Program-made: the position numbers and the translations under genes
The notes under the pieces: model-generated
Databases searched by the model: none
Told to the model about the DNA's origin: nothing
What the model saw: only the letters and a program-made list of their open reading frames with translations
NCBI RefSeq assembly: GCF_001194135.2
Contig: NC_068998.1
Coordinates: forward strand, 36,801,779-36,853,971
Reading direction: 5' to 3'
Length of the DNA: 52,193 bases
From: Octopus bimaculoides
Taxonomy: Eukaryota
Shown: in pieces, positions 11,945 through 24,599 of the stretch
How the letters are laid out: each line of letters begins with the position of its first letter
How positions within the stretch are numbered: position 1 is the first letter of the stretch

Positions 11945-13446
11945 GGAAAATGAAAAAAAGCCAGAATGCTGAACTGGAAGCATAATTTAATAAAGATTTT
12001 TTCTAACCGGTTTTCATTGCGAAGAAGCAAATTATCAAGAAGGAGAATGAAAATGTTTTTTTACAAAGAAGTACAAAATGAAGAAAATAATATATAAAAC
12101 AATAATATATAAANNNNNNNNNNNNNNNNNNNNNNNNNNNNNNNNNNNNNNNNNNNNNNNNNNNNNNNNNNNNNNNNNNNNNNNNNNNNNNNNNNNNNNN
12201 NNNNNNNNNNNNNNNNNNNNNNNNNNNNNNNNNNNNNNNNNNNNNNNNNNNNNNNNNNNNNNNNCATTCAAATATTATAAGCCTTAAACTTATCATGCAC
12301 ACACGCTTTTCCTAATTCGGGCCAGCAAGGAATACCTACGTGATCACACGATTTGCGAGTGAGTAAAATCTTCATCAAATAATTCGACGTTCGGAGAAAA
12401 AGACTCATTAAAATAATGTGGCTCATTGTTCTTTTCATGTCAGAAAAAGACAGAGCAGTCATAGTCGGAATCTCTTTGATAATAAAACTACTGATTCTTG
12501 TCTGTCCTTGAGCTAACACTAACAAATCTATTTTCCCAAACAATTTTGCCCACACTTTTAATACTTTATTCGCGCTCATACGCACAAACATACGCGTCAC
12601 AAATATACTATATTATATCTTAACTTCTTTCATGCTTGTACACGCATTAATTTAATTCATACATCCTTCATTTTTTTTCTTCTTACATTGACACGCTTAT
12701 TTCTATTGTCACTGTTCGCTCTTCTTTGCTAAAATCAACGCCTTTTCTCAGTCCCCTATTTTCTGTTATTCAAACCTTTAATATCTTTAAGAAAAATTTC
12801 TTTTTATTTTTCATTTCTTCTTTCACTTCTTTTATTTAAGTCAACGAATAATTACTAAATTATAAACATATCTATCTTTTGCTTTATAATCAAAGTTAAT
12901 CATAGAATTAATTGCCTTTGCACTTGTTTTTCCAAAGTATTAATTTTAAGTACCGACAACGTAAGAGGGCATCGATAACAGCTTCTATTGCGGCAGAAGT
13001 TAGATTAATGTAATTCAGAATAAATTTTTGTAGATGAATAGCAAGGTTGCAATTGTAAGGAAATTGATTTTTTTAACATTAATTAATAAGTATGATTCAT
13101 CGTACCTAAAACGCTACTATGACAATCAAATACACACAGACACACAGACACACACACTAATATATACATAGATGCACGCGTTCCATACATACAAACATAC
13201 ATACATATATGCACATAGAAACACGCAAAGACATAGACGCACAATGACTCTCAGACACATACACGCGCACGTACACACACACACACAAACACGCAAGCAC
13301 ACATACGTATATATAATTTCGTATTGAAGGCACAAAATAAACTGAAGAAAATAGAATTCACGCGTGACCAGCAACGAAAGAATTTTTCTACTGAATGGGA
13401 GACAAACATGTACGTGCACACCAACACATACGCATATGTGCTTCTA

Positions 13447-13480
<34 letters not shown>

Positions 13481-13667
13481 AAGCACAAACATACACAAAC
13501 ACATATATACACACAGCATTTGTATTTAAAACATTATACAGAGACATACGTGGCCATACAAAAAGATAAAGAGACTGACATGCAAACACAAAGAGAGTAG
13601 ACTTACGCATACATTTGGTATAAAGGAATTTCTTTCGCTTTCTCCCTCCTCCTCCTCCTCCGCCTCC

Positions 13668-13733
<66 letters not shown>

Positions 13734-13989
13734 GTCTGTCTGTCTGTCTGTCTCTCTGCCTGTCTATCGATATCTACACAGACACACATTCAGATACACA
13801 CATGCACACATACAGACACATGCATACATATATACATACATACGTTCACACACACTGAGAGAAGAGTGTGTTGTGAGATTATGGTGTGTGCGTTCGTACT
13901 TGTGTCCGTCTCGGCTACGTTGTTTCTGTCGGAAAGACATCGCGTGAAAGTGAAGTGAAGGTAGAGAGAGATGGAGAAGATAGATAGAG

Positions 13990-14034
<45 letters not shown>

Positions 14035-14602
14035 AGAGAGAAGGAGAACAAGGGGAGGGAAGAAGGGAAGAAAGTCGACAGACGGACAGGCAAAAAAATG
14101 AGAGTGAGAGAGAAAAATAGAAGACAGTGGAGGAAAAATGCACAATTATCTTGTTCTGTGTTTCGGTCTTTATGTGATTGAGAGGGATAAAAGAAAGAAA
14201 ATATATCAGAAAGTAAATTGGAGAGAGAGAGAGAGAGAGCGATTGCTAAGAAAGAAAGCATTGGATACGAGAGGTAGATAGATAAATTGACAAATTTTAA
14301 AAAGTTGATTTATATAAATAGAAGGCGATTGGAAAAAGTAGGAGAGAGAAAAAGGAATGGAGAAGTGAATACGTGAGAGATCAGTAAGAAATGTACTTTA
14401 TATTGCAATCAGTATGTTAATCTCCACAGAAGCGGCAGAGAAAATCAATAGACAACCTTTAAAAGCTTGTTGCTTTACTCGCCAATCCATAAAGCTGTAT
14501 GAAAGTGTTTTGCCATTGTTTGATTCGGTTTACCCAGCGCCTTTATAATGACAATAATAATGTGCCTTGGGTATTTGCTGTGGTTTGTTGTGGTGTGCTC
14601 CC

Positions 14603-14714
14603 ACTTTCAATACAGTGAAAATAAGAGCACCACAGCAAACCATAGAACATACCCAAGGCACACAGAGCTGTGCTCGGTAGTGCAGTGAAAGCACATGCTA
14701 AAAATAAGATTAGT

Positions 14715-14760
<46 letters not shown>
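14603..14760 (+). mobile_element. 3' end of an R4/Dong-like LINE with (TAA)n tail
   Basis: ...CTCGGTAGTGCAGTGAAAGCAC...AAAAATAAG then (AAT)n; same terminus recurs at 36236-36350. Clade assignment is from recollection of octopus LINE tails plus the TAA-repeat tail known for Dong/R4. Confidence 0.55.
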
Positions 14761-14762
<2 letters not shown>

Positions 14763-16165
14763 TGGCTTCTGGTTTAGGCACATTTTTGAGTGAACCGTCG
14801 ACTTGACTTTTATCGACTGGAGAGTTGAAAAGGAGAGCTGGCCTCAGCTATGATTGAAAACAAAGCCCAAGGAGCCGGAAAAAATGCTGGAAGACATTTT
14901 GTTCGACGCTCAGATCCCACCTCAGTCAGTCACTTGCAATTAAGCCTTACTATTAGCATTTAAAAAAATGGACATTATTGTCCATTTTCACTGTAAAGAG
15001 AAATATATATATATATATAAAAAACATTACCTTGAGTTAAATCTGAAATGAACGAGCCGATGAGAGAACACTGTTTGGCCTTTTAATCTAGCAGAAATAA
15101 CAACCAAGCTTCTCTGAATCACTGCATTGTTTTAGTCTCTTTTATTTGTTTCACTCATTGAACTGCGGCCTGTGAGTGGTAGCAAATCACCTTGAACAGC
15201 TTAGTCGAACGAATCGACCCCGATATTTATTTGCCTAGTATCTATCCTGTCGTCTCAGTTGTTCAACCACCACGTTACCCTATCTTCTTTGAAAAAATGA
15301 AAAACACATTGGATAATGAGATCTTAGAGATACTATGTCGGAAAAAACAGATGGAATAGTAAAAAGAGAAATATCTTTGATCATTAGTCTGTTGGTTTAG
15401 TATTGCTCTTGATCAACATAACAGCCTCAAAATAAATACGTCATCATTGGCAGATACGAAATGTAAGAGTACTCGCGTACTGTACTCATGACCTATGACA
15501 GATTAATGAATAAATAATCAATTCCGATTTTTGCGTAAATAATTACTGCGAAAAGGCAAAAAAAAAAAACAGGGAGTCGAAAAGAAGGCAGCTTGCGGGA
15601 GAACAACTAATTGCCAGGTTATCGGTAATGAAGTGAAGAGATCTACAAAGTATAAGTAAAAAAGCGGAATGAGCCCACTGAGAACCGTGTCTACATTATA
15701 ATAATGTACTGTTTCAATGATATATTGATGCAGTACATTCGTTATTAGTACATTTGTAGTTAATGTTGTCGTACAAGCAACGTTATGTTGAGAATGGTTA
15801 GAACACTAGATAAAAATAACATGCATTATTTACATACGATTCTGCCAAGGTCGACTGCGCCTTTTATCCTTTCGGAAGCCAATAAAATGAGAACAAGTTG
15901 ATCACTGCGGTCAATGTGTTCGACTTAACTATACTCCCTAAATTACTGGCCTTGTGCCAAAATTTGAAACCGTTATTTACATGCATTCGTTTAATTTGAA
16001 GGTTCAAATCAGAGTAGGGCCGACTTTCTTGTTTATTTTCTGGTGATTAATAAAATAGTAATTAGTCTTGTACTAATGTTTTGATTAACAATATTGCTCT
16101 CAAAAATCTTGTGGGAGCTTTCAACAATCATAAAAATTCTGTATAATCTATTCTTATTTTAGCTT

Positions 16166-16302
16166 AACTGGTACTTATTTTATCGACCCCGAAAGGATGA
16201 AAGGCAAGGTTGACCTCGGCGACATTTGATCTCAGAACGTAAAACCAAAAGAAGTGCCGCTATGGCATTTGCTCGTCACGGTAACTCTGCCCGTTCACCG
16301 CC
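16166..16302 (-). mobile_element. SINE family A
   Basis: AACTGGTACTTATTTTATCGACCCCGAAAGGATGAAAGGCAAGG...ACCGCC is the reverse complement of the family body and head. Confidence 0.85.
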
Positions 16303-16610
16303 TTGAAAGCATTTATAATAATAACATTCCGATTGTCACGATAGATGTTTGAATGTTACATTTCCAACAAAACTACCCAATGGAAATGTCTGTGATTTGT
16401 GACCGCTTTAGCCATTCCAGTGACTGTATAAAAACGCCGGTGTTAAAACGGGGGTAGCTGATGAAGGAAAATGTTCTCTATATGGCTTGTGTGTTTTCTT
16501 GTCTACGTTTTGTTTGCAATGTCCTGTACCCAGATATGCACCTATACATACAGGTGGATGTCGGTATGCACATACCTGTACGTATATATACATATACTCA
16601 TTTAGTATTT

Positions 16611-16655
<45 letters not shown>

Positions 16656-16782
16656 CATAAGTTACTTCTACTTCTTTTTTGATTTACCTTATTCTAATTA
16701 AATATTCTGAACGAACTGAGTGCTCGTCCTTCCTTGGTTTTGTTTTCCTTTTCCTTTAGTATACACACACATACACACACAC

Positions 16783-16873
<91 letters not shown>

Positions 16874-17041
16874 TACACTCACACACATCTATATATATTT
16901 ATGGGATGAAGTCTTACAAGCATGAGAGAGGTTAACGTCTGTTGACTGTTTCTAATAAAGTGAATTTTTAAACGTAGTCAATACTGAAGTTTATGGTCAT
17001 ACGCAAAAGTAAAGTTTAGTACACAGACATGGTATACATAC

Positions 17042-17213
17042 TTGCAGATACACGCATGATTCGTCTCCATACGACAGAAACCTAGTTCGCTTAGGCTCAG
17101 ATTATCAAATAGAGAGGCACAGGATTATCGATAGGACGAAAATGGGCTGCTACTGATCAAGGCGGATAACATAGTGTTGTCAGAGCAGGATCGACGGTGC
17201 AGCGACAGCAGCT
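17042..17213 (-). other. Candidate exon (5'UTR-like, possibly containing a start codon)
   Basis: Minus strand: acceptor AATTCCTTTTTCTAACAG| and donor CAA|GTATGT. All three frames contain stops; ATGs near the 3' end at 17070 and 17057. Unique, relatively CpG-rich sequence. Confidence 0.25.
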
Positions 17214-17778
17214 CTGTTAGAAAAAGGAATTTCTTGGATCGCATGTTTGGATAGGAAACTGGTGACGTCTAAGTGTCAAGGGACCGATACCTCTGATTAA
17301 ATACTTTCTAGCCACGACCTTTCTTGTCGATCGCTCGTACATCACGTTTCTTGGGTAGATTTAACTACTATTTCAAGCATCTCGATTGAATATGGAGAGT
17401 ATGCAGTACTGATGCCACACAAGATTCATACATCACCCACCCATCAAAACAAAGTAAAACAAAAGAGAAAGCGTATGTGTGTTTGCTGAATGTGTTAGAT
17501 TTTCATTTATGATGTTTATTTGGTCTAGACAGGAGTTGTTCTCAGACTTCCGCTGCCAACCAGTTGATCGTTTCTTCGGGTAATCAATTATAATTCAACT
17601 CATTTGAAAGGATTTTAGTTGTGTGTTTGGTACCATTAGTTTCCTGCAGATAATTTGGCAGTCATTCTCGCTTTACCACGTTCGTATTCACCAAATTGGC
17701 ACAGAAAATCGTATAATGTAATATATCAATCACTATTACTCACTTTGAATCACTATTTTTCTCAGTTTCTCCCTAAAT

Positions 17779-17815
<37 letters not shown>

Positions 17816-17926
17816 TCTCTCTCTCCCTCTCTCTCCCTCTCTCTCTCCCTCTCTCTCTCCCCGCCCCTCTCTCTCTCTCTCTCATTAACTCGCTCACTAT
17901 AGAAATACATTTCTTCTCTTGAGTAG

Positions 17927-17976
<50 letters not shown>

Positions 17977-18198
17977 TATGTATGTGTGTGTATGTGTGAG
18001 TGTGTATGTTTGTGTGCGTGAGTGTGTGTATGTATGTGTGTGTATGTGTGAGTGTGTATGTTTGCGTGCGTGAGTGTGTGTATTAAGTAGTATAATTTTC
18101 ATGAACCATTGCTATATATAAATGCATAAATATTTTTTTAAACCAAAAAATTAATAAACAAGGTCGATGATTAGTATTTCAATATTTCAGAGTTAGAA

Positions 18199-18398
18199 AG
18201 GCGGTGAGTTGGCAGGAATGTAAGCATGCTGGGCGAAATGCTTAGTGGTATTTTGTCTGTTTTTACGTTCTGAATTCAAATTCCACCGAGGTCAACTTTG
18301 CCTTTCATCCTTTCGGGGTCGATAAATTAAGTACCAGTTAATCGACTGTCCCCCCCCCCTCCCCAAACATTTTGGGCTCTGTGCCTAGAGTAGACAAG
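18199..18398 (+). mobile_element. SINE family A with perfect 18-bp target-site duplication
   Basis: AATATTTCAGAGTTAGAA at 18181-18198 and 18399-18416 flanks a full-length copy. Confidence 0.92.
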
Positions 18399-18499
18399 AA
18401 TATTTCAGAGTTAGAACCATTTCTTCAGGAAATTAACCGAGGAAAGATATTGACAGCTGATGTCTCTGCTTTGTGATATGTGTGTATGAAGAGCCGGCT

Positions 18500-19300
18500 G
18501 CGTGCAATCCTGACCTGTTATTTATTTGCAGGTTCTATTTGTAAATTAAACGAGCTTCTTTTATTCTCGAGCCACCAATGTTTTTTCTGTAGCTTGAATG
18601 GCAACTTGGAATGTCTTGGATGTGGCAGTTTCATAGATGTTCTTTGATGGAAAAAGCATTAGCATAGAAGTGTTCTTTAACCTGTATTTGACCTTGTCTG
18701 GTGGTGCTTCCGATATAAAATTTATTAAAGTTGTCTTCACGTGATATTATACACCAGATTGGACCACAGTCATATATTTTTAGCTTTGATCGGAAAATTA
18801 GGCATCAGAAAACCAAAGACGACCTACATTAGAAATAAGATCTACCGGACCCGTGTTAAATGCCGACACCACCATACAATTCCGGAAAGACCTGATGGAA
18901 AATGTCTATTCATACTCTTTCACTTCACTGCAAGACATCACCGATTCAATTAATACCCACCACCCGAAAAAGAAGAACCACGTGTTGTTTTGAAACTGCC
19001 AATTTTTGCAAAAAGCCAAAACTGCTGTAAATCAGTTGTTTTTCAAAAATAAAATGTTTTGTTTTTTGTTAGGATCCTCTTCAGGGAAAGTACAGATTGC
19101 ACCAGAGGTATATTCAGTTCCAACATACAAAGAGTATGCAAGGATATTTGTACGTTATAATTCAGTCCTGTCCATCAGAGATGGGCAGGCATGAATTATG
19201 ATGCACAAATACCTTTGCATACGCTTTTTTCTAAAAGTTAGAAGAAATAGATCTGTTGTCTGATTTAAGTTCAAAACCAAACAGAGGTAAGGAATGGTGT
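18500..19300 (-). pseudogene. Decayed Penelope-like retroelement (RT end, linker, GIY-YIG endonuclease) with linker inverted
   Basis: Manual translation. Minus 18790-18510: SGV.Y...FYIGSTTR...VKEH...KEHL...RIKEARLI...QINNR (GIY-YIG). Plus 18816-19001: KTTYIRNKIYR...C, LMENVY, VVLKLP (PLE linker). Minus 19088-19044: FPEEDPNKKQNILFL (RT-end-like). Stops and frameshifts present. Confidence 0.75.
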
Positions 19301-19699
19301 TATTAGGGTGCTTTACACTTTTCTTGAACATATTGTATACTTTAGGGACTCCTGATGTGATGAGGTTAGTATGATGATATCATCTACATATCTAGCGACA
19401 AAGGGACAAAAGTGACTGCTGCAGAGTGCTCCAACCGATCCATTTACATACATACTTATATACATATATACCTAGCTGCCAACTTACCTACCTACCTACC
19501 TACCTACTTACCTACCTACACACACACACACACACACACACATGCGAGTGTATATTTTTATTTCGATACTTTTATAAAGAGGTGTGATGTAATGTTTAAT
19601 TTTTATCTAAATTTACTTTTGTCTGGAAATGTCACAGCTAAATTCACATAGTAAAATGATGACAACGAACTTCTAGCTGGATGCAAAATGTCAGTTGTA

Positions 19700-20640
19700 A
19701 AATCCGTACTTGGAAAAAAGCATTTGCATTCTTCTCCATAAACAAAGTACCAGATAAAGAAATGCTTAAAATAAAAAGAAATATTAATCAAGAATGGCTA
19801 TTTTGTTAAACTAATCAAGCGACAAAACAATACGATTTCAAATATAATGAAACAAATACATCAAACGCCACACCTAATACAAATGCATAAATTAAACACA
19901 AAGGATATTATATGCATAGTGATTATAGAATAGAAGAATACATCAAAGATCCAATAAAACGGAACTTGAAGTGCATTACAGCTTACCATAAGATGGCACT
20001 AAAAATATACTATAAAAAATGTAAAATCAAAAATCTTATCAGCACCAAACCAGAAAATTGTAGTAACATGAGAAAACTATAAATGACTAATGTGATTAAT
20101 AAATTCACGATGATGAACTGGAAAAAAGAGTAGAGTTTCCTAACGGCCTCGTTCAAATTTTGTTCATTGATCATCAAAGAAGACGTAACCGGTTTCCTTC
20201 CTCTATCAAAAGTATAGAATAGTTTACTATGATATAAAGAAGTCATGAATTTGACTATGACTATAGTTCATTGGTTAATTTTCATATTTGTGCTTTTGAT
20301 ACCTCATTAATAAAACAATATGAATATTATATCCAGCATATCTTGAATGGGAAGGACCAAAATTCATTTAAATATACCAATGTAACCACATTCCTTCTAT
20401 GCCTCTGTGTTAGTTATAAATCTCAAAAGACCAGCCATGCTAGCAGAACGCTCTCCCGCTGTCTTGTCGTGCACATTCGACAATAATCAATTGCAATATT
20501 CTAAATATATCCGGTAACAAATTTACAACGGAAAGCATTAGTAGACAACATATTTATAGTCTATACATTTCCCCCATAAAAAAGACAATCTAGAGCCCTC
20601 TTTGTTATTTTTGTTATTAAACCAGCTAATTACTGTGCTG
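19700..20640 (+). pseudogene. Decayed Penelope-like retroelement (linker plus GIY-YIG)
   Basis: Manual translation with frameshifts: KNGYFVKLI (19790), KIYYKKCKIKNLI (20002-20040), TNVINKFT (20086), SRTLSRCLVVH (20441-20473), LVDN...IKPAN (to about 20630). These match the PLE motifs NGYP, IYYK, NVVY, TLSRRLxxH and KPxIN. Confidence 0.6.
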
Positions 20641-20724
20641 CTGTTTATTTCATTTATGTACTCTAGATGCTCTCCTAATACTCTCGTTAATTTTAAGTAT
20701 GATATTTTTGTTAATTAGTTCTAT

Positions 20725-20930
20725 CTATTGTTTCATGAAACTATACACGATGTCAGTGTCAAAATCTTTTTGGGAGTCTTTGACCGTGATGTACAATTTC
20801 CCTTTTAGATATTCGAATCTATTGTCTACAAGAATTTTATCGGTTGTACTAATGTTGTTATGCTTACTTGATAGTCTTTCTATGATATTAATAAATGAAT
20901 ACACACTGCTCGAAATGCTTGAATGTATGT
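20725..20930 (-). pseudogene. Possible Penelope-like RT fragment
   Basis: KILVDNRFEYLKGKLYITVKD...VYSFMKQ weakly resembles the LxxNxFxFxGKxYxQxxG...FM region of PLE RT. Confidence 0.3.
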
Positions 20931-21064
20931 ATATCAGACGCGCGCGTGTATATATANNNNNNNNNNNNNNNNNNNNNNNNNNNNNNNNNNNNNNNNNNNN
21001 NNNNNNNNNNNNNNNNNNNNNNNNNNNNNNNNATATATATACATACATATGTATGTATGTATGT

Positions 21065-21260
21065 AGGATCCGCAATGAGCAGAAATTACCTGCAGGTATT
21101 GGTAGTGCAAATCAGAGGTGCAGTCTGTGTGGGTGTTTTTTCAAAACATTGTCTGGTTTAAAAAGCCACATCAGACGTCATGAAAGGGCTAAGGTGTAGG
21201 TGCAGGAGGTGGTCAAACTCTGTGTAAGGAGTAGACAACCACCATCACCATGTATGTATG

Positions 21261-21296
<36 letters not shown>
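21065..21296 (+). mobile_element. RTE-clade LINE 3' end (ORF2 C-terminus, 3'UTR, (TGTA)n tail)
   Basis: ...QRCSLCGCFFKTLSGLKSHIRRHERAKV* (stop at 21197-21199) fits the CxxC...GLxSHxRxH C-terminal motif of RTE ORF2; about 50-bp UTR, then (TGTA)n. 5' side lost at a gap/microsatellite. Confidence 0.7.
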
Positions 21297-21297
<1 letters not shown>

Positions 21298-23324
21298 GTA
21301 TGTTAGTATGTATAAAATAAGGTTTTTTTCTCCACACGGGTAGAAATATAGAAAATAATAGAAGTTGAAAATGTACTGAGAATAGTTAAAAAATTTTTTA
21401 CTAAATAAGATTTAACTGGTTTCACAATTTACACTAGTTTTCAAAAGTTGAGATAAAAAGACGTGGTTTATGCCGCAACTATCATGCTGTTGATTAGTGT
21501 TTATAGGGAGGTACTCCCTATATATATGTGTGTATGTGTGTATGCATGTATGTATGTATGTGTGTGTGTTCAATAATAATCGATGGAGTTCCTCAAGAGC
21601 CGAGAGTTTCGTTAAGACACTTATCACAGTTGCGTATGTACGCATATATGTATATATGCATGCATGTATGTATGTATGTATATACATACATATACACATA
21701 TAGAGAGAGAGACATACATACATACATGCATACATACACATAGAATAAAAATAAAGAATAAATGTATTTATTTATTTATACATTCTCATAAAACTCGAAA
21801 ATCCACTAAAGATTTTTTAACAACAGATATTTTATAACGATGATGGAACTCTTCCAAAAATAACCGACCTCGTCATATGTTTTTAGAAAGAAGAGAAAAA
21901 GAATAAAACTGTGACATGAATGAATCGGCCAACACTGAGCCGTTTTAATGTTCTTTCCTCTAAGGTCAGTAATCGCTGTCTCTAAAGTGCTGTTGGTTGT
22001 TTGACCTTCGGACAAAAACCAGTGTAATAGAGATACAAAAGAAAATAAACGCATAAAAATATATTAAATACACGTCATACGTGTGATGTAAATGTAGTGG
22101 AAAGTTTTATGATTTGCATAACATTATTCCTATGCCATTTTGTTTCCTTTCCAATAAATCATCGAACGTCATATAATCGATTTACAGAAAGCAAGTAGAA
22201 TGAATGTTTTTTTGTACAAACCAATACCAAATTTTGATGGTTGTTGATATTGGTGTAGTTGTTGGTGTTGTTTTTGTTGTATAACCGCAAGTAGATTCTT
22301 AATGATAAATTATGATCAAATGAATTTCGAATCATGACCATCCCACCTTTATATCAGGGAGTTCGTCTTAACTTATCTTATCCAGTAAAGTCAGCCCTCA
22401 CTGAGCAGAAATTTGATACACGTCGTTCCAGCCATGAACATCTCGTTCATTTTCTCAAGTTTTGCGCATTAAGGAGTATATTATCCTCACCGTATGTCTA
22501 TTTTCAAAACGATACAGAGTCAGTTAAAAACGGTTACTTTAGCTTTCCAGCTCATTAACATACGATGGTCAAACTTATTATTGAGTCGGCTTATCATCTG
22601 TGATGCGTGCGTGTTTGGAAGTGTATAGATAGATAGATAGATAGATAGATATGTTGTACGTACGTATATATATATATATATATATATATATNNNNNNNNN
22701 NNNNNNNNNNNNNNNNNNNNNNNNNNNNNNNNNNNNNNNNNNNNNNNNNNNNNNNNNNNNNNNNNNNNNNNNNNNNNNNNNNNNNNNNNNNNNNNNNNNN
22801 NNNNNNNNNNNNNNNNNNNNNNNNNNNNNNNNNNNNNNNNNNNNNNNNNNNNNNNNNNNNNNNNNNNNNNNNNNNNNNNNNNNNNNNNNNNNNNNNNNNN
22901 NNNNNNNNNNNNNNNNNNNNNNNNNNNNNNNNNNNNNNNNNNNNNNNNNNNNNNNNNNNNNNNNNNNNNNNNNNNNNNNNNNNNNNNNNNNNNNNNNNNN
23001 NNNNNNNNNNNNNNNNNNNNNNNNNNNNNNNNNNNNNNNNNNNNNNNNNNNNNNNNNNNNNNNNNNNNNNNNNNNNNNNNNNNNNNNNNNNNNNNNNNNN
23101 NNNNNNNNNNNNNNNNNNNNNNNNNNNNNNNNNNNNNNNNNNNNNNNNNNNNNNNNNNNNNNNNNNNNNNNNNNNNNNNNNNNNNNNNNNNNNNNNNNNN
23201 NNNNNNNNNNNNNNNNNNNNNNNNNNNNNNNNNNNNNNNNNNNNNNNNNNNNNNNNNNNNNNNNNNNNNNNNNNNNNNNNNNNNNNNNNNNNNNNNNNNN
23301 NNNNNNNNNNNNNNNNNNNNNNNN

Positions 23325-23358
<34 letters not shown>

Positions 23359-23768
23359 CCAGCCAGACAGACAGACAGACGTGTGTGTGTGTGTGTGTGT
23401 ACAAGACAGATCCTGATTTCAACCTAGTTATAGTACAGTCGGAACCACGTAATTTTCACTTAGCTAGAATTCTTTTTGATATATATCTGACAATAGTCGG
23501 AATTAATCATCTGGTGTTGTAATTTTAGCAATTAGTGTAGGAGAAATATTTCAAAAGACATTAGAGAATTCATAATTCAGTTAATTTCCTATAACATGAG
23601 TCGTGTTAAGTAATTTATATCTTACTGTAATTGTTTAAATCTTTTCACCACGCCATATAAATATAGATATATACAGGTATGTATATACATACATACATGC
23701 ATGCATACATTCATGCATACATACATGCATACATAGATACATACACGCACACACACACATATATATAT

Positions 23769-23810
<42 letters not shown>

Positions 23811-24599
23811 ACATACATACATACACACATACATACATACATACATACATACATACATGCTGCTCATTATTTTTATCATTCTGTTAACGACAACTAACTC
23901 CACCGCTGCCTTATGCTTAACTTAGAAATCGTCATTAGCTTTATTAAGCGCGTTTGATATGTAGAATCAATAGATTATTAGACATAATGCCTTACACTTC
24001 CTTTTCAGCCCCTTTATGCTCCGTGTTCAAATCTGATCGTAGTCAACTTTCCCCTTCGGGGATCAATATAACTTCGCGTCATTCAATTAATAAAGTCGAT
24101 TTAAACGACTGTTTGCTTCTCACAAACACTCCTCTACGTTCTGATTTGAAATCTCTCCCAAGTCGATTTCAGTTTTTATCGCCGACTTTAAAGAATAAAC
24201 ATTGTATGAAATTGCTTCGTTGGAATATATTTTTCTATAAAGACTACGGCTTTATACAGCTCGAAGCAATTAGCCTCACAGCAAACTTCTTGACTTTGGG
24301 AAAAGCTTGAGCACACACTTCATATCATTATTTGACTCACTGTAGAATACATAGTCTTGGTGCTCAATGAAAACAAACTAACATATAACTTGATGCGAAC
24401 TTCCAGTTATGTAAATTTCCCTAAAGTGTCTTCACTGACTCTACTTTTGGGCACTTTGAATTACTACACACATAGATCTCCTAGACAACATTTGCACCCC
24501 ACTAAATGCACCCAACTCGTTGGCATAACACCACTCATCTTCAAACACCAACATCCGAAGTACAGACGTGCTACCTTCTCATTCTGCCTTTCGAACTTC

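Noticed and set aside
12268-12600. 110-aa minus-strand ORF without repeats
   Set aside because: No recognisable motif or convincing splice sites; length expected by chance.
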